Assembly (NCBI GenBank): GCA_964448115.1
Contig: CAYUVA010000009.1
Coordinates: 1-64,000 of the forward strand
Origin: an uncultured bacterium
GTDB taxonomy: Bacteria > CAYUVA01
DNA length: 64,000 nucleotides
Direction: 5' to 3'
This document shows, in pieces, positions 19,468 through 30,040 of the stretch. The notes beneath the pieces were generated by a model, which saw only the letters and a list, made by a program, of their open reading frames with translations, ran no database searches and was not told the DNA's origin. The translations under genes and the position numbers were made by a program. Position 1 is the first letter of the stretch; each line of letters opens with the position of its first letter.

Positions 19468-20076
19468 ATGAGAAGAGGTCTGATTGCAGTTTGCATTATG
19501 GCAATGGCAGTAGGTTTCTATAGCCTGGCAGGTGCGGCGACCTATCCTATCGATCAAGGGGTATGGTTCGGCATGGGTAGTCTCGATATCGCCAGTTTAA
19601 GCGGCGAAGCTTATGAGAACGAGGATGGTGATGGTAAATTCAACTTCTATCTTGAAGATACTGGTGGATACTTTATCATGCCCAACCTGGCAATCGGCGG
19701 CAAGGTCCTGATCGACTACACCTCTTGGGGCGATTACAAGGAAACAGTATGGGGCATAGGTCCTTTTATCGCCTATTTCTTCGGTGGAGCACCGGCTGAG
19801 GTAAAAGGCTCCTATTATCCTTATGTGGGGGGCACCTTCCTCTATGCATCGAGCACCACAGAATATCCAAATCCTATTGACCAAGGTACAACCGAGATCG
19901 AATCAACCATGACCAAGTTAGGTGTCTTCGGTGGAGTAGTCTATATGCTGACCAAGACTGTGGGCATTTTTGGTGAAGTCGGATTCAGCATGGATAGCAT
20001 AGATCCGGATGAAGGCGACTCAGAGGATGGCAACAGGATAGGCATAAAAGCGGGCGTTTCCGCTTTCTTATACTAA
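19468..20076 (+). CDS. Outer-membrane beta-barrel protein
   Basis: AAGGAG SD before ATG 19468, signal peptide, alternating beta strands, terminal aromatic residue (SAFLY). Confidence 0.8.
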   Translation: MRRGLIAVCIMAMAVGFYSLAGAATYPIDQGVWFGMGSLDIASLSGEAYENEDGDGKFNFYLEDTGGYFIMPNLAIGGKVLIDYTSWGDYKETVWGIGPFIAYFFGGAPAEVKGSYYPYVGGTFLYASSTTEYPNPIDQGTTEIESTMTKLGVFGGVVYMLTKTVGIFGEVGFSMDSIDPDEGDSEDGNRIGIKAGVSAFLY

Positions 20077-20110
20077 AGTCGGAAAATCGAGCTAAAGAAA
20101 CCTGGACAAC

Positions 20111-20147
20111 AAAAAAGGACGGGCTTTATAAGCTCGTCTTTTTTTTT
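20111..20147. terminator. Bidirectional intrinsic terminator
   Basis: AAAAAAGGACGGGCTT-tat-AAGCTCGTCTTTTTTTTT between convergent genes. Confidence 0.8.
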
Positions 20148-20160
20148 CATCAATGATCGC

Positions 20161-22314
20161 CTATTGCTCGACTGGCGGGTTTTTGAACTCGTGGATAAGC
20201 TCCTTGAGGCTCTGATCGAACTCGCTTTTTACCTTTACCTCGCCGGGAACGAATCTGAAGCTCCCCTCATGTAGGGTGAACATGTAAAATAGCACCTCTT
20301 TGCCCGATTGCTTGTTGAGAGTCGTTTTTAGCAATCTCCCCTCCTGGAGATAGAGGCGTCCTTCTCCGAAATCTCCTTTTATATAAATAATTCCAGTTGC
20401 TCTCTTGGATTCCAATATTTGCAGAAGATTAGGCAAGGTAACTAGCTTGAGCTGCCCGCGTGTTATCTTGCTTCGGTTTTTCATTATTCTAACCGCTGCC
20501 AGAATGATGATTATCATGGCGATAAATCCGATAATTCCAGCTAAAGCATAATCTGATGTGGTCAGTTTTATGCCTCGGAATCGGTCAATTAGACCATCGG
20601 GTAATCCTTGAGACTGATCGACTTGTTGTAGCGCTGGTTTGGTAGCCTCCAGCTCCATTTTCCTCTCTTTTGCCCATTCATTATAAGGATCTCTGCTCAG
20701 TATCTCATCTATCAATGCAGCGGCAAGGTGTCTTTGACCATTTTTAAGGTATCCTTGGGCGATATCGATAAGTGCGTTTATCTCTGGTTGTCTAACTATT
20801 ACTATGGTCGAAGTCGGTAGAGTGGTTGCTGTATAAGTGGGCAGTGGCCTACTGGTTGGCTCAGGGGAAGGCAGTTTAGTAGGGCTTATTAGGATTGCAG
20901 TGGCGGCGGATGGTTGTATTGTTGGCTTAGCTCTTTTTTGCACAAAGATAGTAGAGGTTGGTTGGGGCTTTTTTGGCTCACTGGGCGTGTATCCTGGCCA
21001 ACCTTCTGTATCCGCAGCGGCAACCAGAGGGCTTAGTTGCTCTATTTGCCATTTAATATCCTCGTTTTGGGGATCTAAATCCAGGGCAGACTCCAAGTAT
21101 CTCAAGGCTGATCTGTTATCCCCCATATAGCGATAAATCTTTGACATAAGTTGGTATTCCCTGACTCCAGCAACTCCACCTTCTATCATTCGCTTTAATG
21201 CATCTAGTGCGCGATTGAGTTCATCGATCTTAAAGCAGCTTTCGGCAAGCAAATAAAGCTCCCCTAAGCTTAGCTTGCCGGCTTCATCTACTGCACGCAG
21301 GTATCTAGTAGCATCAGCAAAGTCACCGCGCTTGTAGCTGATAAGCCCCATGAGCCGTTTGGCTTCGATATCATCCGGCTTGATCCGCAGATACTCCAAA
21401 AGGTATCTCTCAGCGCTGTGCATGTCCTTTTGTTGATAATAAAGACTTCCCAAATCCAACCTCAACTCATCCTCTGCTTGCTCATATTCTAATGCTTCCT
21501 TATAAGCGCGACATGCTGCTGGGATATCATCGCACTGCTGGTATGCATCGCCCAAGTTGGTTTGTAGCCTATAATGCAGTCTTGCTGGAATAGGTACCTG
21601 CGATCTCTTCTCCATATCAAGGACAGCCTGAAGCTGCTCAATAGCATCTTGACATCTATTTTGTTTGATATGCAGGATACCCAGATTGATCCTGGCTTCG
21701 ATGAGGGTTGCATCCAGTGATACAGCCTTCTTCAGGTATGGCTCTGCCTTTTGGTAGTCTTCTTTATCCAAATAAAGCGCACCGAGCATATATTGTGCCT
21801 TTGCATCCCCGGGGAGATTGGAGGATAGTTTCAGGGCATAATTTATTGCCTTATCTAGATCGCCAATCTCCTCATTCACAATTATGGACAACTTAAGTGC
21901 CCTATTATTATCAGCGTTGATCTCAAGGATTTTTTCAAGGGTGGTTCGAGCCTTTAATAGCTGACCTTTCTTGTATTGCGTAACAGCAAGATTATACAGG
22001 ATCTTCTCATCACCAGGCGCTAGTTTTGATGCCTTCAAGAAGGCATCCAGGGCATCATCAGTTCTGCCCTGCCTGAAGAGGCAATCGCCGAGATCATTGT
22101 AGGCATCTGCATACTGCGGATATATATCTATTGCGCGTTGGAAGGCTTCTATGGCTTGCTCATAGTCGCCTGTCTCCATGAAGCGATGACCCTTTTTATA
22201 GTAGGTTTGAGCATCATAAGGGATCAACGCAAATAGATCAGATGAATGCAAGCATAAAAGGATAGCAATGGAAGATAAGATAAGATAGCTATATCTGTCC
22301 CTTAACTTTCCCAT
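20161..22314 (-). CDS. Signal peptide-TPR array-Pro/Thr linker-TM-DUF4388 protein
   Basis: Many TPRs; TM YALAGIIGFIAMIIIILAAV; C-terminal GQLKLVTLPNLLQILES..TGIIYI..GRLYLQEGRL..EGSFRF. Confidence 0.8.
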   Translation of the reverse strand: MGKLRDRYSYLILSSIAILLCLHSSDLFALIPYDAQTYYKKGHRFMETGDYEQAIEAFQRAIDIYPQYADAYNDLGDCLFRQGRTDDALDAFLKASKLAPGDEKILYNLAVTQYKKGQLLKARTTLEKILEINADNNRALKLSIIVNEEIGDLDKAINYALKLSSNLPGDAKAQYMLGALYLDKEDYQKAEPYLKKAVSLDATLIEARINLGILHIKQNRCQDAIEQLQAVLDMEKRSQVPIPARLHYRLQTNLGDAYQQCDDIPAACRAYKEALEYEQAEDELRLDLGSLYYQQKDMHSAERYLLEYLRIKPDDIEAKRLMGLISYKRGDFADATRYLRAVDEAGKLSLGELYLLAESCFKIDELNRALDALKRMIEGGVAGVREYQLMSKIYRYMGDNRSALRYLESALDLDPQNEDIKWQIEQLSPLVAAADTEGWPGYTPSEPKKPQPTSTIFVQKRAKPTIQPSAATAILISPTKLPSPEPTSRPLPTYTATTLPTSTIVIVRQPEINALIDIAQGYLKNGQRHLAAALIDEILSRDPYNEWAKERKMELEATKPALQQVDQSQGLPDGLIDRFRGIKLTTSDYALAGIIGFIAMIIIILAAVRIMKNRSKITRGQLKLVTLPNLLQILESKRATGIIYIKGDFGEGRLYLQEGRLLKTTLNKQSGKEVLFYMFTLHEGSFRFVPGEVKVKSEFDQSLKELIHEFKNPPVEQ

Positions 22315-22443
22315 CCTGAAAAAAAGAATATGTAATTATTAAATAAATATCAATCCTGACTTTGTCCCCCAAGTTCTTAGCTTGGATTTTACAAAGGAAA
22401 ATTTTTATAAAAATACACAAGATACCACTGGAGGTTTTTAAAT

Positions 22444-22479
22444 AAGACGGGGGAGCCAAGATAAGGCTCCCCCGTTTTT
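22444..22479. terminator. Intrinsic terminator after the minus-strand CHAT cluster
   Basis: AAGACGGGGGAGCC-aagataa-GGCTCCCCCGTTTTT. Confidence 0.8.
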
Positions 22480-22506
22480 CGGGTATAGTGGGTTAACTTT
22501 CCTAGT

Positions 22507-24481
22507 TTATCTTAGCGATGGATATCCGGCTGCCTCAAGAGTGAAATCGAGAACCGTCTCCTCTTCAGCCACCAGCTCTATCTGCACGAACTCAGGCATA
22601 TAGCCTTGCTTCCATGCAACTGCGGTGTATTGGCCAGCGGGTACATTCTCCAAAAGGTAAACGCCATCTTCATTGGTCCTGGTATATCTGATGCCGTGAA
22701 ATCCACCCATGCCGCCCCTTAATTCCTGTCCAGGGGTGAATCCAGGTGGCAAAAGCGCGACCCAAGCCTCGGCAAGAGACTCGCCGCTGTCTGCATCAGT
22801 AACCGTACCGCTCAATGTTGCCAATCCCGGTGCTTGGAGCGGAGATAGGGCAAAGTCCATCACGGTCAGCTCACCTTCTATGATCTCGACCTCAGCGTGT
22901 GCAGGCTGGTAACCGGCTGCTATGACTGCCATAGGCCAGGTGCCTTGAGGTACATTCTCAAAGGAGTAATAGCCATTCTCATCGGTACGAGTTACGAAGC
23001 GACCATGCGGTCTCCTGCCACCCCAGCCTTCGGGAAGCCCGCGGAAGCTGTGCGGATTGCGCACATGGGGTCCAGCCATAACCGCTACAAAGGCACCGCC
23101 GATCGGCTCGCCGGTATCAGCATCGGTTACGAAGCCTTCCAGCGCTCCAAAGGGGATCTCGCCGCGCCTGGTCAAGCCGATGTCATACTCGATCTCCTCC
23201 TCGCCGATGATCTCGAAGCTGTCGGTGTAAAGCTCATACCTTGATGCCATGGCGATAAGTGTGTACTCGCCCTCCGGGATGTTGGTTATCTCGTAGTATC
23301 CCTGCTCATCGCTTACGGCATGGAGACCACAAGGCGGACGATGGGGAGGCTCTTCACCTTCACCCCTGCCGAACACCTGTCTCGGCGGGAATTCCACATT
23401 GCCAGGTATAAGCACTATATGAGCGCCGGCAATCGGTTCCTCGGTCTCGACATCATAGACAATGCCGTACAGCGTGGCGTCGCCCTCTGGCGGCGGAGGC
23501 GGTACATTGGATTCGAGAGCGAAATCGACTGTAACCGTGCTTTCAGCTATAACCTCGACCGTTGCCTCAGCCGGGAGATAACCATGCTTATGGGCACGAA
23601 CTATGCGCTCACCAGCCGGCACCTCTTCAAGCAGGTAGTATCCCTGCTCATTGGTAACCGCAAAGCAACCGTTCCATTGGCCAACATTGACCATCGCCCN
23701 NNNNNNNNNNNNNNNNNNNNNNNNNNNNNNNNNNNNNNNNNNNNNNNNNNNNNNNNNNNNNNNNNNNNNNNNNNNNNNNNNNNNNNNNNNNNNNNNNNNC
23801 AGCTATCGGCTCGCCGGTGGCTGCATCGGTAACTATCCCCTCGATGGCGCCGAATTCATCTGGTGGTGGAGGCGGCTCCTCGCCGGGCATAAGCTCGAAG
23901 TTAAGCTCTGCCACCTGGTCGGGGATGACCTGGACGCCAGCGTGGGCGGGCATGTAGCCTTCCTTGAAGGCGTGCACCATCTGGAAGCCAGGCATCACAT
24001 CATCGAGCAGGTAATAGCCGTTCTCATCGGTGATAGCGGAGAACTCCGGTCCCCAACCTAGGCTGATCACAGCCCCAGCTATCGGCTCGCCGGTGGCTGC
24101 ATCGGTAACTATCCCCTCGATGGCGCCGAACTCATCTGGTGGGGGTGGCGGCTCTTCTGCATTCAATCCGATCTCGACATAATTTATCTCGCCGGCTACT
24201 ACTTCGACCTCGACGGTAGCCATCTCGTATCCAGGGGCAACCACATTGAGCAGCCAGGTGCGAGCCATAATATGCTCAATGAAGAACATACCCTGTTCAT
24301 CGGTGTAAGCCTGCCACATGCCAGCCATTACATGGGCGCCTGCTATAGGCTGCTGGGTAGCTGCATCATAGACCAGCCCCTCGATACTGCCGTACTGATT
24401 GGGTGGATTGGCGTAAGCGCCGAAAGCACCCGCCAGCAGCAGGATCATAATAAGTGTGAAAAGTTTTGCTGAAGATCTCAT
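22507..24481 (-). CDS. Secreted protein of tandem carboxypeptidase-regulatory-like (Cna-B-type) beta-sandwich repeats; one gene split by a 100-N gap
   Basis: Signal peptide. Repeats of G.V.DA.TGEPI.GA.V...TDENGYY...VP.G on both sides of the gap. PPPP linkers. AAGGAG SD. Confidence 0.8.
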
Positions 24482-24682
24482 AACTTCAACTCCTTATGTT
24501 TTGTTGGTTAACATCTCCTGGGGTCAAAAGGATGACCGGACTAACATCTTCAGTTGGTTTGCAATTATTCAACTGTTCGATTAACATGTTACTAGGGGTA
24601 GTTGAGCGAGCCTCCTGGCAGTGGATAACGCTCCGGCAGGTCTCCTCAACTATTCCCATCAACGCTATCACCTCCTTGATGA

Positions 24683-26389
24683 TCATTTTATCAAACCCTT
24701 GTTGCTGTTAATATCTTTTATCCTTATTTCGGGCTTCATGTCCAAGATAGTATGCATCGGCATTTCCTTAATGCGTAGCGATTTATTCGGATCATCATCG
24801 CTGGCATCCAATGGATCTGCTCCGCGCATAAGCTCGTAGTAGTCCTCCTCGCCGCCGCCATCGGTATCCACCAGGCCAGGCGACATCTCGCGAAGCGAGT
24901 AGAATGACATCCTCTCCAGGTCATCTCCTTCATCATCAGCAAGCACTATCGAGTCTGCCTTTGAGTTGTTTTTATTAGGCTCAATGATGCCAGCCCTGGG
25001 TGAAACCAGCGCCCAGATATGCTTTATCCTGAGCTGATCGTATTCGAGCTGCTGCTCGCTGCGGGGATAGAAGTAATACTCGGCATTATCGCTCACCAGG
25101 CGATCCATAACCTCCTCAGTGATGGGCAGCGGTCCCTCGGTAAATACATCGTGAGGTGGCGTGATCTTTTCCCATATAATGTAAAGCTCGCCGTCCTCGA
25201 TGATGCCTGTATCCTCATTGGCAGGGCTTCCACCTACAACAGCCACCTGTAGCGAAGGGCTGGCGAAAACAAATATCTTGGAGTAATGGTAACCTTGATC
25301 TATAGGCATATAATCCGGAGCATGATTAACATCGGTGGTGCCGAAGATGGGCGCTCCAAATCCGCAGGGGATATCAGGCTCCCCAGCATCAACACCTGGA
25401 GAACCAGCAGGCAGGTAATACTCTCCTAGCGGTCCCGTAATGAAAGGCTGCGGTTCCGAGATATTATGGTACACCGGGTGCTGGAAGTAGGGATCGAGGT
25501 TCGAAGACCAGTTACCTGCTGGATTATCTGCAACATTATTATATCTGAAGTTCATCAAGAAACCTTGCGCCACCAGTGCAACACCACCTAAATTTTCTAC
25601 GATGATATTGCTGGAGAAGAATATCTGGGGGCTGCCATCATAATAAACACCCGAACCGATCAGCGCGAAGTTATCTACTATCGTATTGCTGATTATACTT
25701 CCCATGCCTCCGCTCTGCTCCACCCAGAAGATGGCTCCACCGCTGGATTGATATGGCTCCTCGTCTAGCTCCGGGCAGTGGTTGTGAGCGATGATGTTGT
25801 TGGAGATGATCGTAAAATTGCTGCCGGCGACGAAGATACCCGCGCCTTGCTGGGCAAAATTGTCCATGATATGATTATTTGTGATCAGACAATACAGGGA
25901 ATTCGACACGCGAAAGCCTCCCCCATGCGGTGATGAGCCGCCTGTAATGGTGAAGCCCTCGACTATATTGAAGAAGCCATTCTCGATGGATATGACCGGA
26001 GCTTGCTCGTTGCCAACAATAAAGGTCTTGTCCGGACCTGAGCCATACAGCGCTACTGGAAAATCTATCTGTAGGTTCTCATGGTACTCTCCGGGGGCAA
26101 CCATTATCTCAGCGAAGACATCTTGAAGCGACTCAGCCTCGCTGATTGCCTTGCCGATAGTTCGATATGGAGAAAATACGCTTCCATCGCCCTGATCATC
26201 GTCTCCCCAGGGACTGACATAGAGGGTTATCTCTGTCTCTGGTATCGGATTCCTCCCCCGCTGAGCATAGGTCAGTGTCGCAATGCTGCCCAGAAGGATA
26301 AGTGCCGAGAGTATAAAGATTGCCAGAGCCAACCGGCTCTTATTTTTGCTGAAAAACTCTTTATGTCTCATGATATCATCTCCCTTCAT
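24683..26389 (-). CDS. Secreted right-handed beta-helix (DUF1565/pectin-lyase-like) protein with a Ca-binding TSP3-like C-terminal motif
   Basis: YVSPWGDD..GDGS..PYRTI..AI, VAPGEYHEN, IEGFTITGG-type strands, DTDGGGEEDYYE..GADPLDASDD. Confidence 0.8.
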   Translation of the reverse strand: MKGDDIMRHKEFFSKNKSRLALAIFILSALILLGSIATLTYAQRGRNPIPETEITLYVSPWGDDDQGDGSVFSPYRTIGKAISEAESLQDVFAEIMVAPGEYHENLQIDFPVALYGSGPDKTFIVGNEQAPVISIENGFFNIVEGFTITGGSSPHGGGFRVSNSLYCLITNNHIMDNFAQQGAGIFVAGSNFTIISNNIIAHNHCPELDEEPYQSSGGAIFWVEQSGGMGSIISNTIVDNFALIGSGVYYDGSPQIFFSSNIIVENLGGVALVAQGFLMNFRYNNVADNPAGNWSSNLDPYFQHPVYHNISEPQPFITGPLGEYYLPAGSPGVDAGEPDIPCGFGAPIFGTTDVNHAPDYMPIDQGYHYSKIFVFASPSLQVAVVGGSPANEDTGIIEDGELYIIWEKITPPHDVFTEGPLPITEEVMDRLVSDNAEYYFYPRSEQQLEYDQLRIKHIWALVSPRAGIIEPNKNNSKADSIVLADDEGDDLERMSFYSLREMSPGLVDTDGGGEEDYYELMRGADPLDASDDDPNKSLRIKEMPMHTILDMKPEIRIKDINSNKGLIK

Positions 26390-26392
26390 CTA

Positions 26393-29242
26393 TTATACCC
26401 CAAACAGCCTGAATGCGCCCCACAAGAAGGGGTGGTTGTATTTTTCTCTAACTTGAATCTGTGCGTATTTTAGCGAATCTTCAACGCTGTTACTATTTAA
26501 TATAATACCATTATAGAATTTTTCCATTAACAAAGCGGTCGCATCATCATCCACCTTCCAGGAACTCGCCAGGATGTTACTTCCCCCAGCCATGAGAAAT
26601 CCCCTAATGAAGCCCTCAAGCTCATCACCACTAAGCGGAGCTGCGCTGCCGGTCTGGCAGGCAGAAAGGGTAACCAACTGCGCGGATAGATGTAGCGAGG
26701 CTATATCTCCAAGGAACAATGCGGAGTCGTTCAACTGTATGTGCGACAGGTATGGTTTCTGTGAATCGAGTATCGCATGACTGGCAATATGAACCAGGCT
26801 CTTCCCCTTCATCCGGGCACTAAGCGCACTGGATTGGTCCTTTAGGGCAATCTGCGCGCCAGGGATAAGCTCTGCCAGGTAGTACACCTCTTTTTGAATG
26901 CCGGGGAACCTATGATCTTCGATGCCGGCAAGCAGTGTATCCTTGAATATCGAATCTATATTCATGGTGCTCCTGTGGAGCAGAAGCTGCCCAGTGGGAA
27001 GATATCGGAAGGCAATTCTATCCCCGATATATCCCTGAGTGTCCCTAAGCAACCCGTAGTTAAGGCTATGCAGCACCCCGTAAGGAACGATAAAGACCAT
27101 GCTTTTATCGCCAAGCAGCGCCATGACAGGCTCCATGACAAGATGATAAAGCCTGTTGAGCCACCAGTTGGTGCTTATCAAAAGCTGTTGGCTGTTTTCC
27201 TTGAAGAGCTTCGGCTGCGCCTCGAAGAGAAGCAGCTCCTGGTTATGGAATTCAGCGCATTCTCTGCGGATAGTTTCATAATTGCCGATATCGATGACCC
27301 GCACAGAGTCAACGGTCAGCACGAAAGAAAGCAGCCTTCCCATGACCTTGTAGTACTCGCAAAGAGCCTCGTCATCGGCTAGAGATGCCATGATTCCTTT
27401 TATATTGAGGCTTCTCGTCTTGGAGCTTTCCTTGGCGCGCAGAGGATAAAGCTCCTGCTGCATCCTAGCCGAGAGGTGCTCGAAGCGCTCGGATAGCGCC
27501 TGGAGCTGCTCGTTTATATCTGTATCTATTGGAGCATAGTATTGTCCGCGGGTCTTATGGTAACCTCTCAGCTCCTTATACAAGGCTGACAGCCGCTCTG
27601 CTACCATATTATATTCCTTTATCAACCGCTTCTGCGAGCTGCTCAGGCTCCTGGCTTTGATTTCAAGGCGATTAGCTATGCGTTCGATGAACACAGCCGA
27701 CCTTGCCCCCTCAACCAGCCGCAGTGCGCTTAGTAAATGCTCCTCATCGCCCACCTCAATGCACAGGTTTATCGCCTCCTCGAAGAGCTGTATCTTGTCT
27801 TCCAGGTAACCGATGGCAGCCCATTGTGCTGGGGCGAGCGATAATCTCAAGTGATCGATAGCTTTCAATGCCTTTAGATATAGTTTGATCGCTTTTTTCT
27901 TTTGTCCAAAAGAGGCGTGCTGGGTGGCTTGAAGCCGTATAGCGCGAAATTCAAGCTCTACGAAACGATGTTCCCTGGCTATATCGAGCGCAGCATTGGT
28001 AAACTCAGCTTGCTCCTTATAATGCCCCCTGATGCCTGCCAATTCACCCAGGGTAATCAGCATAAGGCATTTTCGCCAGGGGGATTCATCGATCTGGGGC
28101 AATCTTTGCAGCTCTTCTGCCGCTTTCTCAGCCTTATCCAACTGCTTCATCTTAAGCAATAATTGCAGCCTTTGGATTATGGCAGAGCACAGCAGGGTTA
28201 TATCCCCGGCGTCACCAGCATATTCCTCTGTTTTAGCCAATAGTTCCAATGCTTGATCATAATCTCCCTTAAAAGCGTTGATACGCGCCAGCGAAAGCCT
28301 GCATTGGTTCAATTCTAGTTTGATACCTAAGTCCTCATAAAGGATCACCAGTTTATTCAGAAATCTAGCTGCCCCGCTGTGGTCATTCAAAGCAATGAGC
28401 GCCTCTGCCTTGGTCTGCATGGCAACCGCTAGCTCTCTCTTCAGTCCATGCTTTTTATAAGTATCGATTAGATGATCGACCTTCTTTATCCCTTGCAGGT
28501 ATTTGCCCCTGTTGATGTAAGTGGTTGCCAGGGCTAGATCGACTGCTGCAACATTGAGTTTCTCTTTTCGAGCCTTGAAGACCTTCTTGGCTGTAAACAG
28601 AGCCTTTTGAGCATCCTGGTAATAGCCGAGATCATTCAGGCAGACCGCCCGGTTGGTCTCGTTAATCGCAAGGTCGTCCTCCATGCCAAGCCTATTGAAA
28701 AGCTCGCTGGCACGCAGGTAATCATTGTGTGCATCAGTTAATTCGCCTTTGAATAACCTGAGATTCGCTCGACGAGTTAATAACCTGGCAAGCCCGGCTT
28801 CATCCCCTTTCTGCTCGAAGTTATCTGCCAGGTCGTCACTGATGGTCATTGCCTGTTCGTATCTTCCCAGGTACATCAGTGGAGAGATAAGAGCCATCAG
28901 AGTACGATCAACATCCGGCTGATAGCCTAGCTCGCTAAAGTGCTGATACGCTTGTTCCAGGGTCGAGACAGCCCTCTCATAATCAGCCATCATGGTGGCA
29001 ACCGTGCCTTGCCAGAACAACGAACCGGCGATTAACTGCTTTTTCCCAGATTGATCAGCCAGATATCGGTATGCATAAACAAGCGTGAGCGCATCCTGGG
29101 GCTTGTTTCGTCTCATCGAGTCGATGGCAGACTCGATCTCTGAGACAAGTTTCCCATCAAGGCGCTTTACAAGCCGGTCAAGATATCCCTGTCGCTCGCT
29201 CTCGGATGAGAAGCCCAGTATTTTCCTGATCACGCTGTTCAT
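26393..29242 (-). CDS. TPR-CHAT domain protein (clan CD caspase-like protease)
   Basis: N-terminal TPRs; FIVPYGVLH, HIASHA (His), LVTLSACQTG (Cys), SWKVDD, HPFLWGAF. Confidence 0.92.
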   Translation of the reverse strand: MNSVIRKILGFSSESERQGYLDRLVKRLDGKLVSEIESAIDSMRRNKPQDALTLVYAYRYLADQSGKKQLIAGSLFWQGTVATMMADYERAVSTLEQAYQHFSELGYQPDVDRTLMALISPLMYLGRYEQAMTISDDLADNFEQKGDEAGLARLLTRRANLRLFKGELTDAHNDYLRASELFNRLGMEDDLAINETNRAVCLNDLGYYQDAQKALFTAKKVFKARKEKLNVAAVDLALATTYINRGKYLQGIKKVDHLIDTYKKHGLKRELAVAMQTKAEALIALNDHSGAARFLNKLVILYEDLGIKLELNQCRLSLARINAFKGDYDQALELLAKTEEYAGDAGDITLLCSAIIQRLQLLLKMKQLDKAEKAAEELQRLPQIDESPWRKCLMLITLGELAGIRGHYKEQAEFTNAALDIAREHRFVELEFRAIRLQATQHASFGQKKKAIKLYLKALKAIDHLRLSLAPAQWAAIGYLEDKIQLFEEAINLCIEVGDEEHLLSALRLVEGARSAVFIERIANRLEIKARSLSSSQKRLIKEYNMVAERLSALYKELRGYHKTRGQYYAPIDTDINEQLQALSERFEHLSARMQQELYPLRAKESSKTRSLNIKGIMASLADDEALCEYYKVMGRLLSFVLTVDSVRVIDIGNYETIRRECAEFHNQELLLFEAQPKLFKENSQQLLISTNWWLNRLYHLVMEPVMALLGDKSMVFIVPYGVLHSLNYGLLRDTQGYIGDRIAFRYLPTGQLLLHRSTMNIDSIFKDTLLAGIEDHRFPGIQKEVYYLAELIPGAQIALKDQSSALSARMKGKSLVHIASHAILDSQKPYLSHIQLNDSALFLGDIASLHLSAQLVTLSACQTGSAAPLSGDELEGFIRGFLMAGGSNILASSWKVDDDATALLMEKFYNGIILNSNSVEDSLKYAQIQVREKYNHPFLWGAFRLFGV

Positions 29243-29248
29243 GATTTT

Positions 29249-30040
29249 TTATGGTATTGAAAGGTTTACCTCGTAGATATGGTCGGTATATACCAGAACC
29301 AAGTACTCGCCAGCAGTTATATTCTCGAACTTATGGAAGCCCGGTGCCTTGAGATCATTTGCAATGATCTCTCCATCCAGCTTATCTATAAGCATCAGCG
29401 GCATTACAACATCGTTAAGTGTATCGCCTGTTCGGTGCAAAAGCCTTATGGTCAGTGAATAAGTCCCCTCTTTGTCTTTCAAGGAGTATTGGATGATCAC
29501 CTGGGTATTATCATCCAGGTAAGCCCGGTAAATACGAATATCGCTTTGATTGAGAGATGAAGGCATTGCCGAACGCAAGCTGGAGGCGGTGGCGGTGATA
29601 GGCTGCAAGGAAATTAATGATTCCTTTATATCATTCAAAGCGGTCGAGGCATCTCCTAGCGCTCTTTTATTCAAGTCCTTGAAGTATCTTATTCCCTTCT
29701 CGATGATAGGATAAGCCTTCTCCTCGACTGATACATCGGCTAGTATCTCGACAAGCTCCTTGCATTGCCGGCAATATTGGATGTGCTGCTCTATTTCACA
29801 AGCCTTTTCCTGGATTAATGAAGGATCGCCAGAGGCATAGGCGATAAGTAGATCTTCATCGGGGCAAGAAACATCAAAGAGATCCCGGTTCTGGGATAAT
29901 AGATCAATAAAATTCTCAGCACTGTTTTTTCGCTTCTGGCACCTGGCGCAATCGCAGTCATGCTCGTAGCCATGCTCTTCCACAGGGCTTGCCAGCTTTC
30001 TCAGAAGTTCGTCTTGATGTACATGCTTACTGCTCATCAT
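29249..30040 (-). CDS. Soluble zf-HC2 (ZAS) anti-sigma-like protein with two Zn motifs and a C-terminal beta-sandwich
   Basis: HDCDCARC and CPDEDLLIAYA..HIQYCRQC; C-terminal GFHKFENITAGEY; no TM segment. Confidence 0.7.
   Translation of the reverse strand: MMSSKHVHQDELLRKLASPVEEHGYEHDCDCARCQKRKNSAENFIDLLSQNRDLFDVSCPDEDLLIAYASGDPSLIQEKACEIEQHIQYCRQCKELVEILADVSVEEKAYPIIEKGIRYFKDLNKRALGDASTALNDIKESLISLQPITATASSLRSAMPSSLNQSDIRIYRAYLDDNTQVIIQYSLKDKEGTYSLTIRLLHRTGDTLNDVVMPLMLIDKLDGEIIANDLKAPGFHKFENITAGEYLVLVYTDHIYEVNLSIP

Noticed and set aside
24667-24677. 16S rRNA 3'-end fragment (ATCACCTCCTT)
   Set aside because: No flanking rRNA similarity; better read as an SD on the minus strand.
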